Part shown: piece by piece, positions 56,965-64,000 of the stretch
How positions within the stretch are numbered: the stretch's first letter is position 1
Layout: every line of letters begins with the position of its first letter
Notes under the pieces: model-generated
What the model was told of the DNA's origin: nothing
The model's input: only the letters and a program-made list of their open reading frames with translations
The model's database searches: none
Made by a program: the position numbers and the translations under genes
NCBI RefSeq assembly: GCF_047633235.1
Contig: NZ_JBLIET010000014.1
Span: 1,448-65,447, forward strand
DNA from: Psychroserpens sp.
GTDB taxonomy: Bacteria > Bacteroidota > Bacteroidia > Flavobacteriales > Flavobacteriaceae
DNA: 64,000 nt
Direction of reading: 5' to 3'

Positions 56965-57145
56965 TTTATAAAAAAGTTTAAAATGATTATTGTAGGCTCA
57001 TAATCTACAAAAAAATAGTCGTTAACTTTACTAAAAAATTACAGATCTTGCCAGTGAAAGTCTTTGGCAAATTTACGACTAAACGCACTCTTATATAGTC
57101 ATTAATTAAAGTTTAGTATTTTTACTCAATAAACTAAAAATCCAC

Positions 57146-58351
57146 ATGGAAACACTTGTTGCAGAAGCAGAGAAATTTGTAATTAGTTATTTAAACGAAA
57201 ATTTAGATTCTAAATTTGTCTATCACAATCTACCACACACGCAACGTGTTGTTGGAAAAGTGCAAGAGCTAGCGAAAGCTCATGAACTAAATGATATTGA
57301 AAAGAACGTTTTAGAGATTGCAGCGTGGTTCCATGATACAGGGTTCACAAAGACCATTGAAGGTCATGAAAAGGAAAGTGTAACAATTGCTTCTGAGTTT
57401 TTAAAGGCTAAGGATGTTAATGACAAGACCATCGACATGATTACAAATATCATTTTGGCAACCCAAATGGGTTACGAACCAAAAACAAAATTAGAGGGTA
57501 TTATAAAAGATGCGGACTGCGCTCACGTTTCTAGCAAAAAATATGATGACTATGCCGTTTTATTAAAAAAGGAGAGAGAATTAACTTTAGAGAAAGCTAT
57601 ACCTAAAACGGATTGGGTGGAAGATAATATTTATTTTTTAACACATCATACATTTTATACCGATATAGCTGCTCGTAAATGGGAAAAACGTAAAGGAAAA
57701 AATTTGACTAATCTGCTTCAAAGTCAGAATAAACTTAAAGAGGATACTGAAAAACTAAAGCAAAAAAAAGCCGAGCTGAATTTCAAAAAAGAAAAAATGG
57801 ATTTACCAGAACGCGGCATTGAAACCATGTTTAGAGTCGCTCTTAAAAATCATATAACGCTAAGTGATATTGCAGACACAAAAGCTAATATCCTATTATC
57901 TGTAAATGCCATAATTTTTTCTTTAGTATTATCAAATTTAGTATCTAAACTTGACAATCCTTCTAATGATTATTTGATTTGGCCAACCGTGATTTTTACT
58001 ATTTTTACTGTCACTTCAATTATTTTATCTGTTTTAGCTACGCGTCCAAATGTGACCCAAGGAAAGTTTACAAAAGAAGATGTGGCTAATAAAAAAGTAA
58101 ATCTTTTATTCTTCGGAAATTTTCATAAGATGAAGCTCGATGAGTTTGAATGGGCTATGTCAGAAATGATGCAAGACAGGGATTATCTCTACAGTTCACT
58201 TACGAAAGATTTATATTTCCTTGGTTTAGTGCTAAATAGTAAATATAATTTACTGAGGGTCACCTACACCGTTTTTATGATTGGCATTATTATAAGTGTA
58301 ATTGCATTTGCTGTGGCATTTCAACTGTCAGGAGGGAATACCGCTATTTAA
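57146..58351 (+). CDS. HD-domain phosphohydrolase fused to a Pycsar-effector-like (PycTM/DUF5706-type) transmembrane module
   Basis: N-terminal HD motifs (NLPHTQRV, AAWFHDTG, KDADCAH). A coiled-coil linker follows. The C-terminal module is GIETMFRVALKNHITLSDIADTKANILLSVNAII plus two further TM helices. Confidence 0.7.
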   Translation: METLVAEAEKFVISYLNENLDSKFVYHNLPHTQRVVGKVQELAKAHELNDIEKNVLEIAAWFHDTGFTKTIEGHEKESVTIASEFLKAKDVNDKTIDMITNIILATQMGYEPKTKLEGIIKDADCAHVSSKKYDDYAVLLKKERELTLEKAIPKTDWVEDNIYFLTHHTFYTDIAARKWEKRKGKNLTNLLQSQNKLKEDTEKLKQKKAELNFKKEKMDLPERGIETMFRVALKNHITLSDIADTKANILLSVNAIIFSLVLSNLVSKLDNPSNDYLIWPTVIFTIFTVTSIILSVLATRPNVTQGKFTKEDVANKKVNLLFFGNFHKMKLDEFEWAMSEMMQDRDYLYSSLTKDLYFLGLVLNSKYNLLRVTYTVFMIGIIISVIAFAVAFQLSGGNTAI

Positions 58352-58369
58352 ATGATATTACCAAAGGCT

Positions 58370-60745
58370 TTAAGCCTTAATCTCTTTCATCAAATCATTA
58401 TAAGTATAAAACAATTTATCATCTTTATCTTTATGATATAATACACTTACCCTAATCGCCTTTAAACCAGTGACTGCCTGTAAGTCTTCAAGCTCTAAAA
58501 TTTCTATATCGTCATCTAGATATTTTTTAGATTGTAAAAATTTAATATATCTCAAGTATTCTGTTTCGTCTTGCTTTTGAGAATAGACAATACTTATTTT
58601 TCCTTTTTGAGTTACACGCTCCGTCGTGCCTTTAATATAAGCTTTATCCACACGTTTTTTAACAATTTCATATCTGGCATTGTAAGTACCATCAACATCA
58701 AATTGTTTCTCATCCATTCTAAAACTTATCGATAATGGCTGATTAAATACCAGTATCATTGAAGCTACATCTAATTTCACAGGAAAATTAGGTTGCATTA
58801 AATAAAATGAATTTTCCATTTCACACATGACCTGAATTTGCCATAATCTTAAATTATATAAGTAGATAGGATTAAAGGAGTCATCTTTAGTTATAGATTC
58901 TCCAATGTACATATTGTGCTCTACTCCATCTGTTTTAAAGCGTTCAAAATAATGCGGATACATCGCTTGAGCTTCAACTTGTTTTTTATCTAAAAGCGCC
59001 GCCATCTCTTTGTTTATAAAAGCTATGGTGTCGTCATAATCTTTTCTGTGATTATATAATACGTTTACTTTATCATCGATACTTTTGAAATAGGACTCTA
59101 TGTTTTCTTTTAAAGAATCAACAACTAACAAATGCTGCAATAAGGGATCAATATCTTGCTTAATAAACCCAGAAATTTGCTGCTCACTGTCCACTTGAAA
59201 ATGAGTATTTAAACCTTCCAAATAATTATTGATTTGATATAAGAACTGCTCATAAATAGGCAGTTTCTCTAGTTTGAAAGCATCCCCAACTATAGCCTTA
59301 ATTGATTCCAGTTGAATCGTTAAATCTTTTTGTGTAGCTGAGTTTCTAGCTTCTGATGAACCTTTAATATCTATTTGACCAAATAGAGGATAAATATTTT
59401 CGAAAGCTATTTTATTAAAGCTGGGCTCCTTGCCATTAAATTGGTCTTTAATAAAAATTTTCGCTTCTTTCTCAAAACGCCAATTCACACTTGGATGAAT
59501 GGAAGTACATTCTTGCTGAATAATAGCTTCAATTAAATTCTGCTCTTCGTTCTTAGAACGTTCTACTGCCGAAACTATAAATGGCATGACATCCTTCAAT
59601 TTATTCGCATTGATACTATTTAAGACTTTAGGACGCTCTGAAACAATTTCTAGAATTCCCAGTAAGCCATCTTCATTAGCTATGGGTGCTAAAATCGCAC
59701 TTTTAATATTTTGGTCTTTTAATGTTTTATACTGTGGAGCCTTACCTTTTGACAAGTCATAAAACTTATCGACATCAGATATCGCATAGAATTTCTTTTC
59801 TTTCAATAATGTATGGTATGATACGTTGCATAAAGTATCTGAACAATCATTGGTATCTAATTGATTAAGAAGAAAACTATTCATGCCTTCTCCATATACA
59901 CGCTCAAAAGCATCTTCTTCTTCATTATAGATAGAGAAGCCAACTTTAATATCGTTAAGCCCCAAAAGAGATTGAAAGATTTGATGAAAATCCTCCATAA
60001 AACTCTCATCTTTTCGTTTATCCTCTCCTATTAAACTAGATTTAATATTTGATATGGATTGATCATCAGTAACATTAAAAATGTTAGAAATCACAAAACC
60101 TTTAAAGGTATAGCTATTTGGTGGAAACTTTTCTTTCCACAATTCCATATTCTCAAAATTATCTAATAATTCATCTGCATCCTCTTGAGTAATTATTGGC
60201 GCATTTTTCGAAGGAACTATTTCAGTAAAGTCAGCATTATATAATATTTTATAATACTGCATAATACCTTTATCGTCAGGTATCTCGTAATAAAATGGTC
60301 TCTTAAAATTGATATGATGTTTATAACAAGCAGACAAAATTATAGTACATGCAAGGATATACATATCATCCTTTGGCATGTTTTTAATTTCTAACTCGAA
60401 ATCATCACCAGCTATTTCTATGATGGATTTAAAACGTTCTGAAGAATTAAAAATCAAATTATGAAATGGAACAGAAGCAGTCTTAATTTCATTTTTAGTC
60501 AAAATTGGACTAAACGAATCTTGAAGGATGATACTTATTTCTTTCTTTCTTGTTATTAAATCTTGTGGATTAGTAATACCATCTCGAAGTTCAGGAAACC
60601 CCTCAGCCGTTTTTAAAACACGACGTGCTTTCGCTGCAATAAATTCATCATCACTTTGTGATAAGACTTCATAATGCCTAAGAAGCTTATTAAAACTCAC
60701 CTTTAATGTAAAAGGGGATTCAATGTTTTCATTAATATCGTTCAT
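58370..60745 (-). CDS. Large GAF-domain-containing protein of unknown function
   Basis: 791 aa. The central region ILAPIANEDGLLGILEIVSERP looks like a GAF core. The flanking domains are unrecognised. Confidence 0.6.
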   Translation of the reverse strand: MNDINENIESPFTLKVSFNKLLRHYEVLSQSDDEFIAAKARRVLKTAEGFPELRDGITNPQDLITRKKEISIILQDSFSPILTKNEIKTASVPFHNLIFNSSERFKSIIEIAGDDFELEIKNMPKDDMYILACTIILSACYKHHINFKRPFYYEIPDDKGIMQYYKILYNADFTEIVPSKNAPIITQEDADELLDNFENMELWKEKFPPNSYTFKGFVISNIFNVTDDQSISNIKSSLIGEDKRKDESFMEDFHQIFQSLLGLNDIKVGFSIYNEEEDAFERVYGEGMNSFLLNQLDTNDCSDTLCNVSYHTLLKEKKFYAISDVDKFYDLSKGKAPQYKTLKDQNIKSAILAPIANEDGLLGILEIVSERPKVLNSINANKLKDVMPFIVSAVERSKNEEQNLIEAIIQQECTSIHPSVNWRFEKEAKIFIKDQFNGKEPSFNKIAFENIYPLFGQIDIKGSSEARNSATQKDLTIQLESIKAIVGDAFKLEKLPIYEQFLYQINNYLEGLNTHFQVDSEQQISGFIKQDIDPLLQHLLVVDSLKENIESYFKSIDDKVNVLYNHRKDYDDTIAFINKEMAALLDKKQVEAQAMYPHYFERFKTDGVEHNMYIGESITKDDSFNPIYLYNLRLWQIQVMCEMENSFYLMQPNFPVKLDVASMILVFNQPLSISFRMDEKQFDVDGTYNARYEIVKKRVDKAYIKGTTERVTQKGKISIVYSQKQDETEYLRYIKFLQSKKYLDDDIEILELEDLQAVTGLKAIRVSVLYHKDKDDKLFYTYNDLMKEIKA

Positions 60746-60764
60746 AATACCACTTTCGTTCCTA

Positions 60765-60772
60765 CAAATTTA
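60765..60772 (-). promoter_or_regulatory. Bacteroidota -7 box TAAATTTG
   Basis: Exact TAnnTTTG match on the minus strand, 19 nt upstream of ATG 60745. Confidence 0.4.
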
Positions 60773-60882
60773 CAACATAATAGGTTAGTCGCTATTAATA
60801 AGACTTGCTTACTGCTGCATTGTTAGGAAGTAAACTTAAAACCTCACTCAATAATTACGTTTGGAAACACTACTTTGAACTC

Positions 60883-61544
60883 TATTTTGCCTCTAAAAGA
60901 ACGATATCATATTCTGAATCCAACTCCACTTTTCCAATCTTAACAGTTACATCTTGATTAGAATAAGCGTCATGTAAAACTAAACCTTCATTAAACACTG
61001 GTACGACATTCAAGGTCTTTTTACCTGCTTCTAAATTCATAGCGACAACTACCAGATCTTTAAAATTTCTATCACTAAAACTTCTATAAAACGTATATGG
61101 AGATTGGGTAATTATGTGATGTGTGCCAGCACCAATTGCAGGATGAGCACTTCTAAAGTGACCTAGTTTTTACCAATGCTTTAGAACCTTCTTAGTCTTA
61201 TCATCATTTTTTATAGCGTCCCAATTCATATTTGACCGCAGCGTTGGATCTCCAACTGCATTTTCGATAACCAAGTTCCTGGCAGATTCCTCTCCATAAT
61301 AAATTTGCGAAGCTCCAGGCGTTAACAACAACATATTTGCTGTTTCGTAAGGTTTCAAACGTGATGAATCAAACGGCTGACTATCATCATGGGAGCTCAA
61401 ATAATGAAGAACACCATAGCCCTTAATACTCGAATATAAGGTATTTGAATAGCGTTTAAAAATCTCTTATTTTATTTGTTGGGATGCGTCCCATTTGAGT
61501 TCAAAATTAATAAAGCTGTTTTTGAGGGTGATTACACAATGACC
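60883..61544 (-). pseudogene. 5'-truncated GH13 alpha-amylase (MalS-like) remnant with in-frame stops
   Basis: The minus-strand reading is SFINFELKWDASQQIK*EIFKRYSNTLYSSIKGYGVLHYLSSHDDSQPFD...QIYYGEESAR...VLKHW*KLGHFRSAHPAIGAGTHH...VLLEAK*. In-frame TAA codons are at 61467-61469 and 61170-61172. The N-terminal catalytic half is absent. Confidence 0.75.
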
Positions 61545-61579
61545 TCAGGATCTTTAACACCTAGGATTGACATTTTTGA

Positions 61580-62035
61580 CACATCAATTCCATCAACAGA
61601 ATTAAAAACGTAATTATTTTAGCAAATTTTGATCTCGTTTCTCAAACGGTAAACACCAGTTTTCCAAGTACCGGAGATTGGTATGATTTAATGGATGAGT
61701 TTGGAAATAAAATGTATAGCGCCGGAACGGTAACCATATCTGCTGGCCAGTTTAGAATCTTCGGAAAGGCACCTTCAACATTAAGTACAGATAGTTTTGA
61801 TACAGAAGGAAATTTCAGTATTTATCCTAATCCTGTAAATACATCGTTCAAAACAAACAAAGCTATTTCTAGCTTACAGATATTTGATATTACAGGAAAA
61901 CTTGTCAAAACATTTAAAGGAGAGTTTGCAATAGAAAACTCTTATGACATTTCAAATTTGACATAGAGTATTTAAGTGGTTAAAATTGAAAACAAGGATG
62001 GCCAAGTGTTAACAACTAAGCTTATTAAGCTTTAA
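61580..62035 (+). pseudogene. Remnant of a secreted glycosidase C-terminus with a T9SS C-terminal sorting domain, carrying nonsense mutations
   Basis: The reading is NVIILANFDLVSQTVNTSFPSTGDWYDL...FSIYPNPVNTSF...ISNLT*SI*VVKIENKDGQVLTTKLIKL*. There is no N-terminal part or start context. A possible extra frameshift lies at the A-run 61604-61608. Confidence 0.7.
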
Positions 62036-62066
62036 CATTAATGACAGTCATTTTGAATTAGTCAAA

Positions 62067-62098
62067 ACCTCTAAGTTAAAACTTGGAGGTTTTTTATT
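62067..62098 (+). terminator. Rho-independent terminator
   Basis: A 9-bp stem ACCTCTAAG/CTTGGAGGT (one G-U pair) with a 6-nt loop, followed by TTTTTATT. Confidence 0.6.
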
Positions 62099-62100
62099 CT

Positions 62101-62135
62101 AAAACAAAAAAAGCCGACTTATAAAAGTCAGCTTT
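62101..62135 (-). terminator. Rho-independent terminator downstream of tRNA-Leu
   Basis: The minus strand reads AAAGCTGACTT-TTAT-AAGTCGGCTTT (11 bp, one mismatch), followed by TTTTGTTTT. Confidence 0.65.
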
Positions 62136-62144
62136 CTATTTAAG

Positions 62145-62226
62145 TACAGGCGGGGAGACTCGAACTCCCACACCGTAAAGCACTAGATCCTAAGTCTAGC
62201 GTGTCTACCAATTCCACCACGCCTGC
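62145..62226 (-). tRNA. tRNA-Leu (anticodon UAG)
   Basis: The minus strand reads GCAGGCG TG GTGGAATTGGTAGACAC ... CTAGA CTTAGGA TCTAG, then a long variable arm, then GGGAG TTCGAGT CTCCC CGCCTGT A. The cloverleaf has a type-II variable arm, a G1-U72 wobble and no encoded CCA. Confidence 0.9.
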
Positions 62227-62246
62227 ATTTGTCCCAAAAGGGGATG

Positions 62247-62275
62247 CAAATATAAAAAATAGTTTCTTAATTCAA
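62247..62275 (-). promoter_or_regulatory. Candidate promoter of tRNA-Leu (TTG-N18-TATATTTG)
   Basis: On the minus strand, TTG (62275-62273) is followed by an 18-nt spacer and TATATTTG (62254-62247), which is 20 nt before the tRNA 5' end. Confidence 0.5.
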
Positions 62276-62312
62276 TTAACTTTATTTAAGAAAATATTGC
62301 TTATCGATTTTG

Positions 62313-62320
62313 TATTTTTG
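62313..62320 (+). promoter_or_regulatory. Bacteroidota -7 box TATTTTTG
   Basis: Exact TAnnTTTG match 24 nt upstream of ATG 62345. Confidence 0.4.
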
Positions 62321-62344
62321 AAAGAATCCTAAAACAACTAAAAT

Positions 62345-63733
62345 ATGCTACATTTTCAATCCTATATTGAAGAACATAAAGATAGATTTCTAAATGAACT
62401 TATAGACCTTCTTAAAATACCGTCTGTAAGTGCAGATCCTGCTTATAAGGACAATGTGTTTCAAACTGCAGACATCATTAAAGACAGTCTTTTAAAGGCT
62501 GGCTGTGATCATGTTGAAATTTGTGAAACTGAAGGTTTCCCAATCGTGTATGGCGAAAAAATAATAGATAAAAACTTACCTACCATTCTCGTTTATGGTC
62601 ATTATGATGTACAACCTGCAGATCCCATTGAATTATGGGATTCACCACCTTATGAACCTGTAATCAAAAAAACAGCTATTCATCCAGAAGGCGCCATATT
62701 TGCTCGTGGTGCTTGTGATGATAAAGGTCAAATGTATATGCATGTCAAGGCTATGGAGTTTATGACAGAGACCAATCAATTACCATGTAACGTCAAATTC
62801 ATGATTGAAGGAGAAGAAGAGGTTGGCAGTGTAAATCTTTCTGCGTTTGTGAAAGCTAATCAAGAGAAATTGAAGAATGATGTCATACTCATATCAGATA
62901 CTGGTATGATTGCTCAAGATGTACCATCAATTACTACTGGTCTTCGTGGATTAAGTTATGTTGAAGTTGAAGTTACTGGTCCAAACCGCGATCTTCATTC
63001 AGGATTATATGGTGGTGCTGTAGCAAATCCAATAAATATTTTAACCAAAATGATTGCGTCTTTACATGACGAAAATAACCGTATTACCATCCCTGGGTTT
63101 TATGATAAGGTTGAAGATCTTTCTGATGCTGAACGTGCAGAAATGGCTAAAGCACCTTTTTCATTGGAAGCCTATGAAAAATCAATCGGCATCAATTCCG
63201 TTTATGGTGAAAAAGGCTACTCCACGAACGAACGTAATTCTATTAGGCCAACGCTAGATATCAACGGTATTTGGGGTGGCTATACTGGTGAAGGTGCAAA
63301 AACAGTGATCGCAAGTCAGGCATTTGCTAAAATTTCTATGCGTTTAGTCCCAAATCAAGAATGGGAAGCGATTACAGCGTTGTTCAAAACACATTTTGAA
63401 AGCATCGCTCCTGCGGGTGTAAAAGTTAAAGTAACGCCTCATCATGGCGGACAAGGTTACGTTACACCAATTGACAGTATTGGTTATGAAGCGGCTTCAA
63501 AGGCATACTTTGATACGTTTGGAAAAAACCCAATACCACAACGAAGTGGCGGAAGCATTCCTATTGTAGCGCTATTTGAACAAGAGTTAAAAAGCAAAAC
63601 GATATTAATGGGGTTTGGTTTGGATAGCGATGCTATTCATTCGCCTAACGAACATTTTGGAGTTTGGAATTACTTTAAAGGCATTGAAACAATACCTTTA
63701 TTCTACAAATATTTTACGGAATTAAGTAAATAA
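62345..63733 (+). CDS. M20-family metallo-dipeptidase (DUG1/PepV-like)
   Basis: LLKIPSVSADP, VYGHYDVQP, ARGACDDKGQ, MIEGEEEVGS and HSPNEH are typical of M20 dipeptidases. Confidence 0.88.
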   Translation: MLHFQSYIEEHKDRFLNELIDLLKIPSVSADPAYKDNVFQTADIIKDSLLKAGCDHVEICETEGFPIVYGEKIIDKNLPTILVYGHYDVQPADPIELWDSPPYEPVIKKTAIHPEGAIFARGACDDKGQMYMHVKAMEFMTETNQLPCNVKFMIEGEEEVGSVNLSAFVKANQEKLKNDVILISDTGMIAQDVPSITTGLRGLSYVEVEVTGPNRDLHSGLYGGAVANPINILTKMIASLHDENNRITIPGFYDKVEDLSDAERAEMAKAPFSLEAYEKSIGINSVYGEKGYSTNERNSIRPTLDINGIWGGYTGEGAKTVIASQAFAKISMRLVPNQEWEAITALFKTHFESIAPAGVKVKVTPHHGGQGYVTPIDSIGYEAASKAYFDTFGKNPIPQRSGGSIPIVALFEQELKSKTILMGFGLDSDAIHSPNEHFGVWNYFKGIETIPLFYKYFTELSK

Positions 63734-63737
63734 ACAA

Positions 63738-63778
63738 AATGCCACCAATTAATAATTGGTGGCATTCTTTTTTTTCTT
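63738..63778. terminator. Bidirectional rho-independent terminator
   Basis: A perfect 13-bp palindrome AATGCCACCAATT-AATA-AATTGGTGGCATT, with a T-run on the plus strand and TTTTGTTT on the minus strand. It lies between convergent genes. Confidence 0.8.
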
Positions 63779-63804
63779 CCAAAATTGGATAGCTCTTAGC
63801 TGTC

Positions 63805-64000
63805 TTATTCCTTAATAATCTTATAAGTTCCAGATTTCTCATCTGTGCTTACCTTCAGAAAGTAAATCCCTTGAGGTAAACTTTTGATATTTAATTCTGT
63901 GCTTTCCGTTATCGTTTTACTAAGAACTAGTTTGCCTGAAACATCAAACAAATTTACATCGGTAGATATTTCCGAAGAGAATTCTATTGTAATAAAATTT
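63805..64000 (-). CDS. C-terminal end of a T9SS-secreted protein (5' part outside window)
   Basis: The minus-strand reading is ...VNLFDVSGKLVLSKTITESTELNIKSLPQGIYFLKVSTDEKSGTYKIIKE*. This is a classical T9SS C-terminal sorting domain. Confidence 0.8.
   Translation of the reverse strand, partial: NFITIEFSSEISTDVNLFDVSGKLVLSKTITESTELNIKSLPQGIYFLKVSTDEKSGTYKIIKE

Noticed and set aside
61449-61613. Plus-strand frame reading IAFKNLLFYLLGCVPFEFKINKAVFEGDYTMTSGSLTPRIDIFDTSIPSTELKT.
   Set aside because: Its 5' part is the mirror of the minus-strand amylase remnant, which has the better family match (INFELKW). Only the 3' part may belong to the plus-strand pseudogene, via a frameshift, so it is not called separately.
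60746-62226. Possible genomic island or integrated element at the 3' side of tRNA-Leu.
   Set aside because: There is no integrase or mobility gene. I found no direct repeat of the tRNA 3' end, and the composition matches the rest of the window. The content is decayed housekeeping-type hydrolase genes.
1-64000. Looked for CRISPR arrays, long tandem or inverted repeats, transposases, toxin-antitoxin pairs, reverse transcriptases and phage genes.
   Set aside because: None was seen. The only repeats found are the 8-bp, 6-bp and 15-nt repeats reported above.

Overview
The window is an AT-rich, gene-dense chromosomal segment. It looks like the core genome of a Flavobacteriaceae-type member of the Bacteroidota. 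Supporting signs are a SusC/SusD pair, T9SS C-terminal sorting domains, TAnnTTTG -7 promoter boxes, mevalonate-pathway genes and a deoxyhypusine-synthase-type polyamine operon.

I can support about 50 intact CDS, one tRNA-Leu(UAG), three decayed genes and a few terminators and promoter boxes. I see no transposase, integrase, phage gene, CRISPR array or compositional island.

The ORF track accepts GTG/TTG starts, so several N-termini were re-set to internal ATGs using signal peptides and promoter boxes.

The best candidate for an under-described system is a nine-gene operon at 4.4-12.2 kb. It is built around an ArsM-like four-cysteine methyltransferase and contains:
- TIGR04282/DUF2064 and TIGR04283 glycosyltransferases
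- a purine nucleoside phosphorylase
- a periplasmic rhodanese
- a Cys-rich atypical phosphoesterase
- DUF547
- a di-iron hydroxylase
- an SSS transporter

No radical-SAM ArsS gene is in view.

Other items worth a second look:
- a purple-acid-phosphatase-like domain fused to an Omp85-type barrel
- a TolC protein fused to a periplasmic-binding-protein-like domain, heading an RND operon
- a DPM1-like / CslA-like / GT-C glycosyltransferase trio
- an RluB-type pseudouridine synthase that has lost its catalytic Asp
- an HD-domain protein fused to a Pycsar-effector-like TM module
- a SelO-led redox operon containing a small gene broken by an 8-bp tandem duplication
- a decayed divergent pair of starch-type hydrolase genes next to the tRNA

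All family calls come from motif recognition by eye. No database search or folding calculation was run, so this may simply be ordinary conserved flavobacterial core genome with several poorly characterised but not necessarily novel modules.
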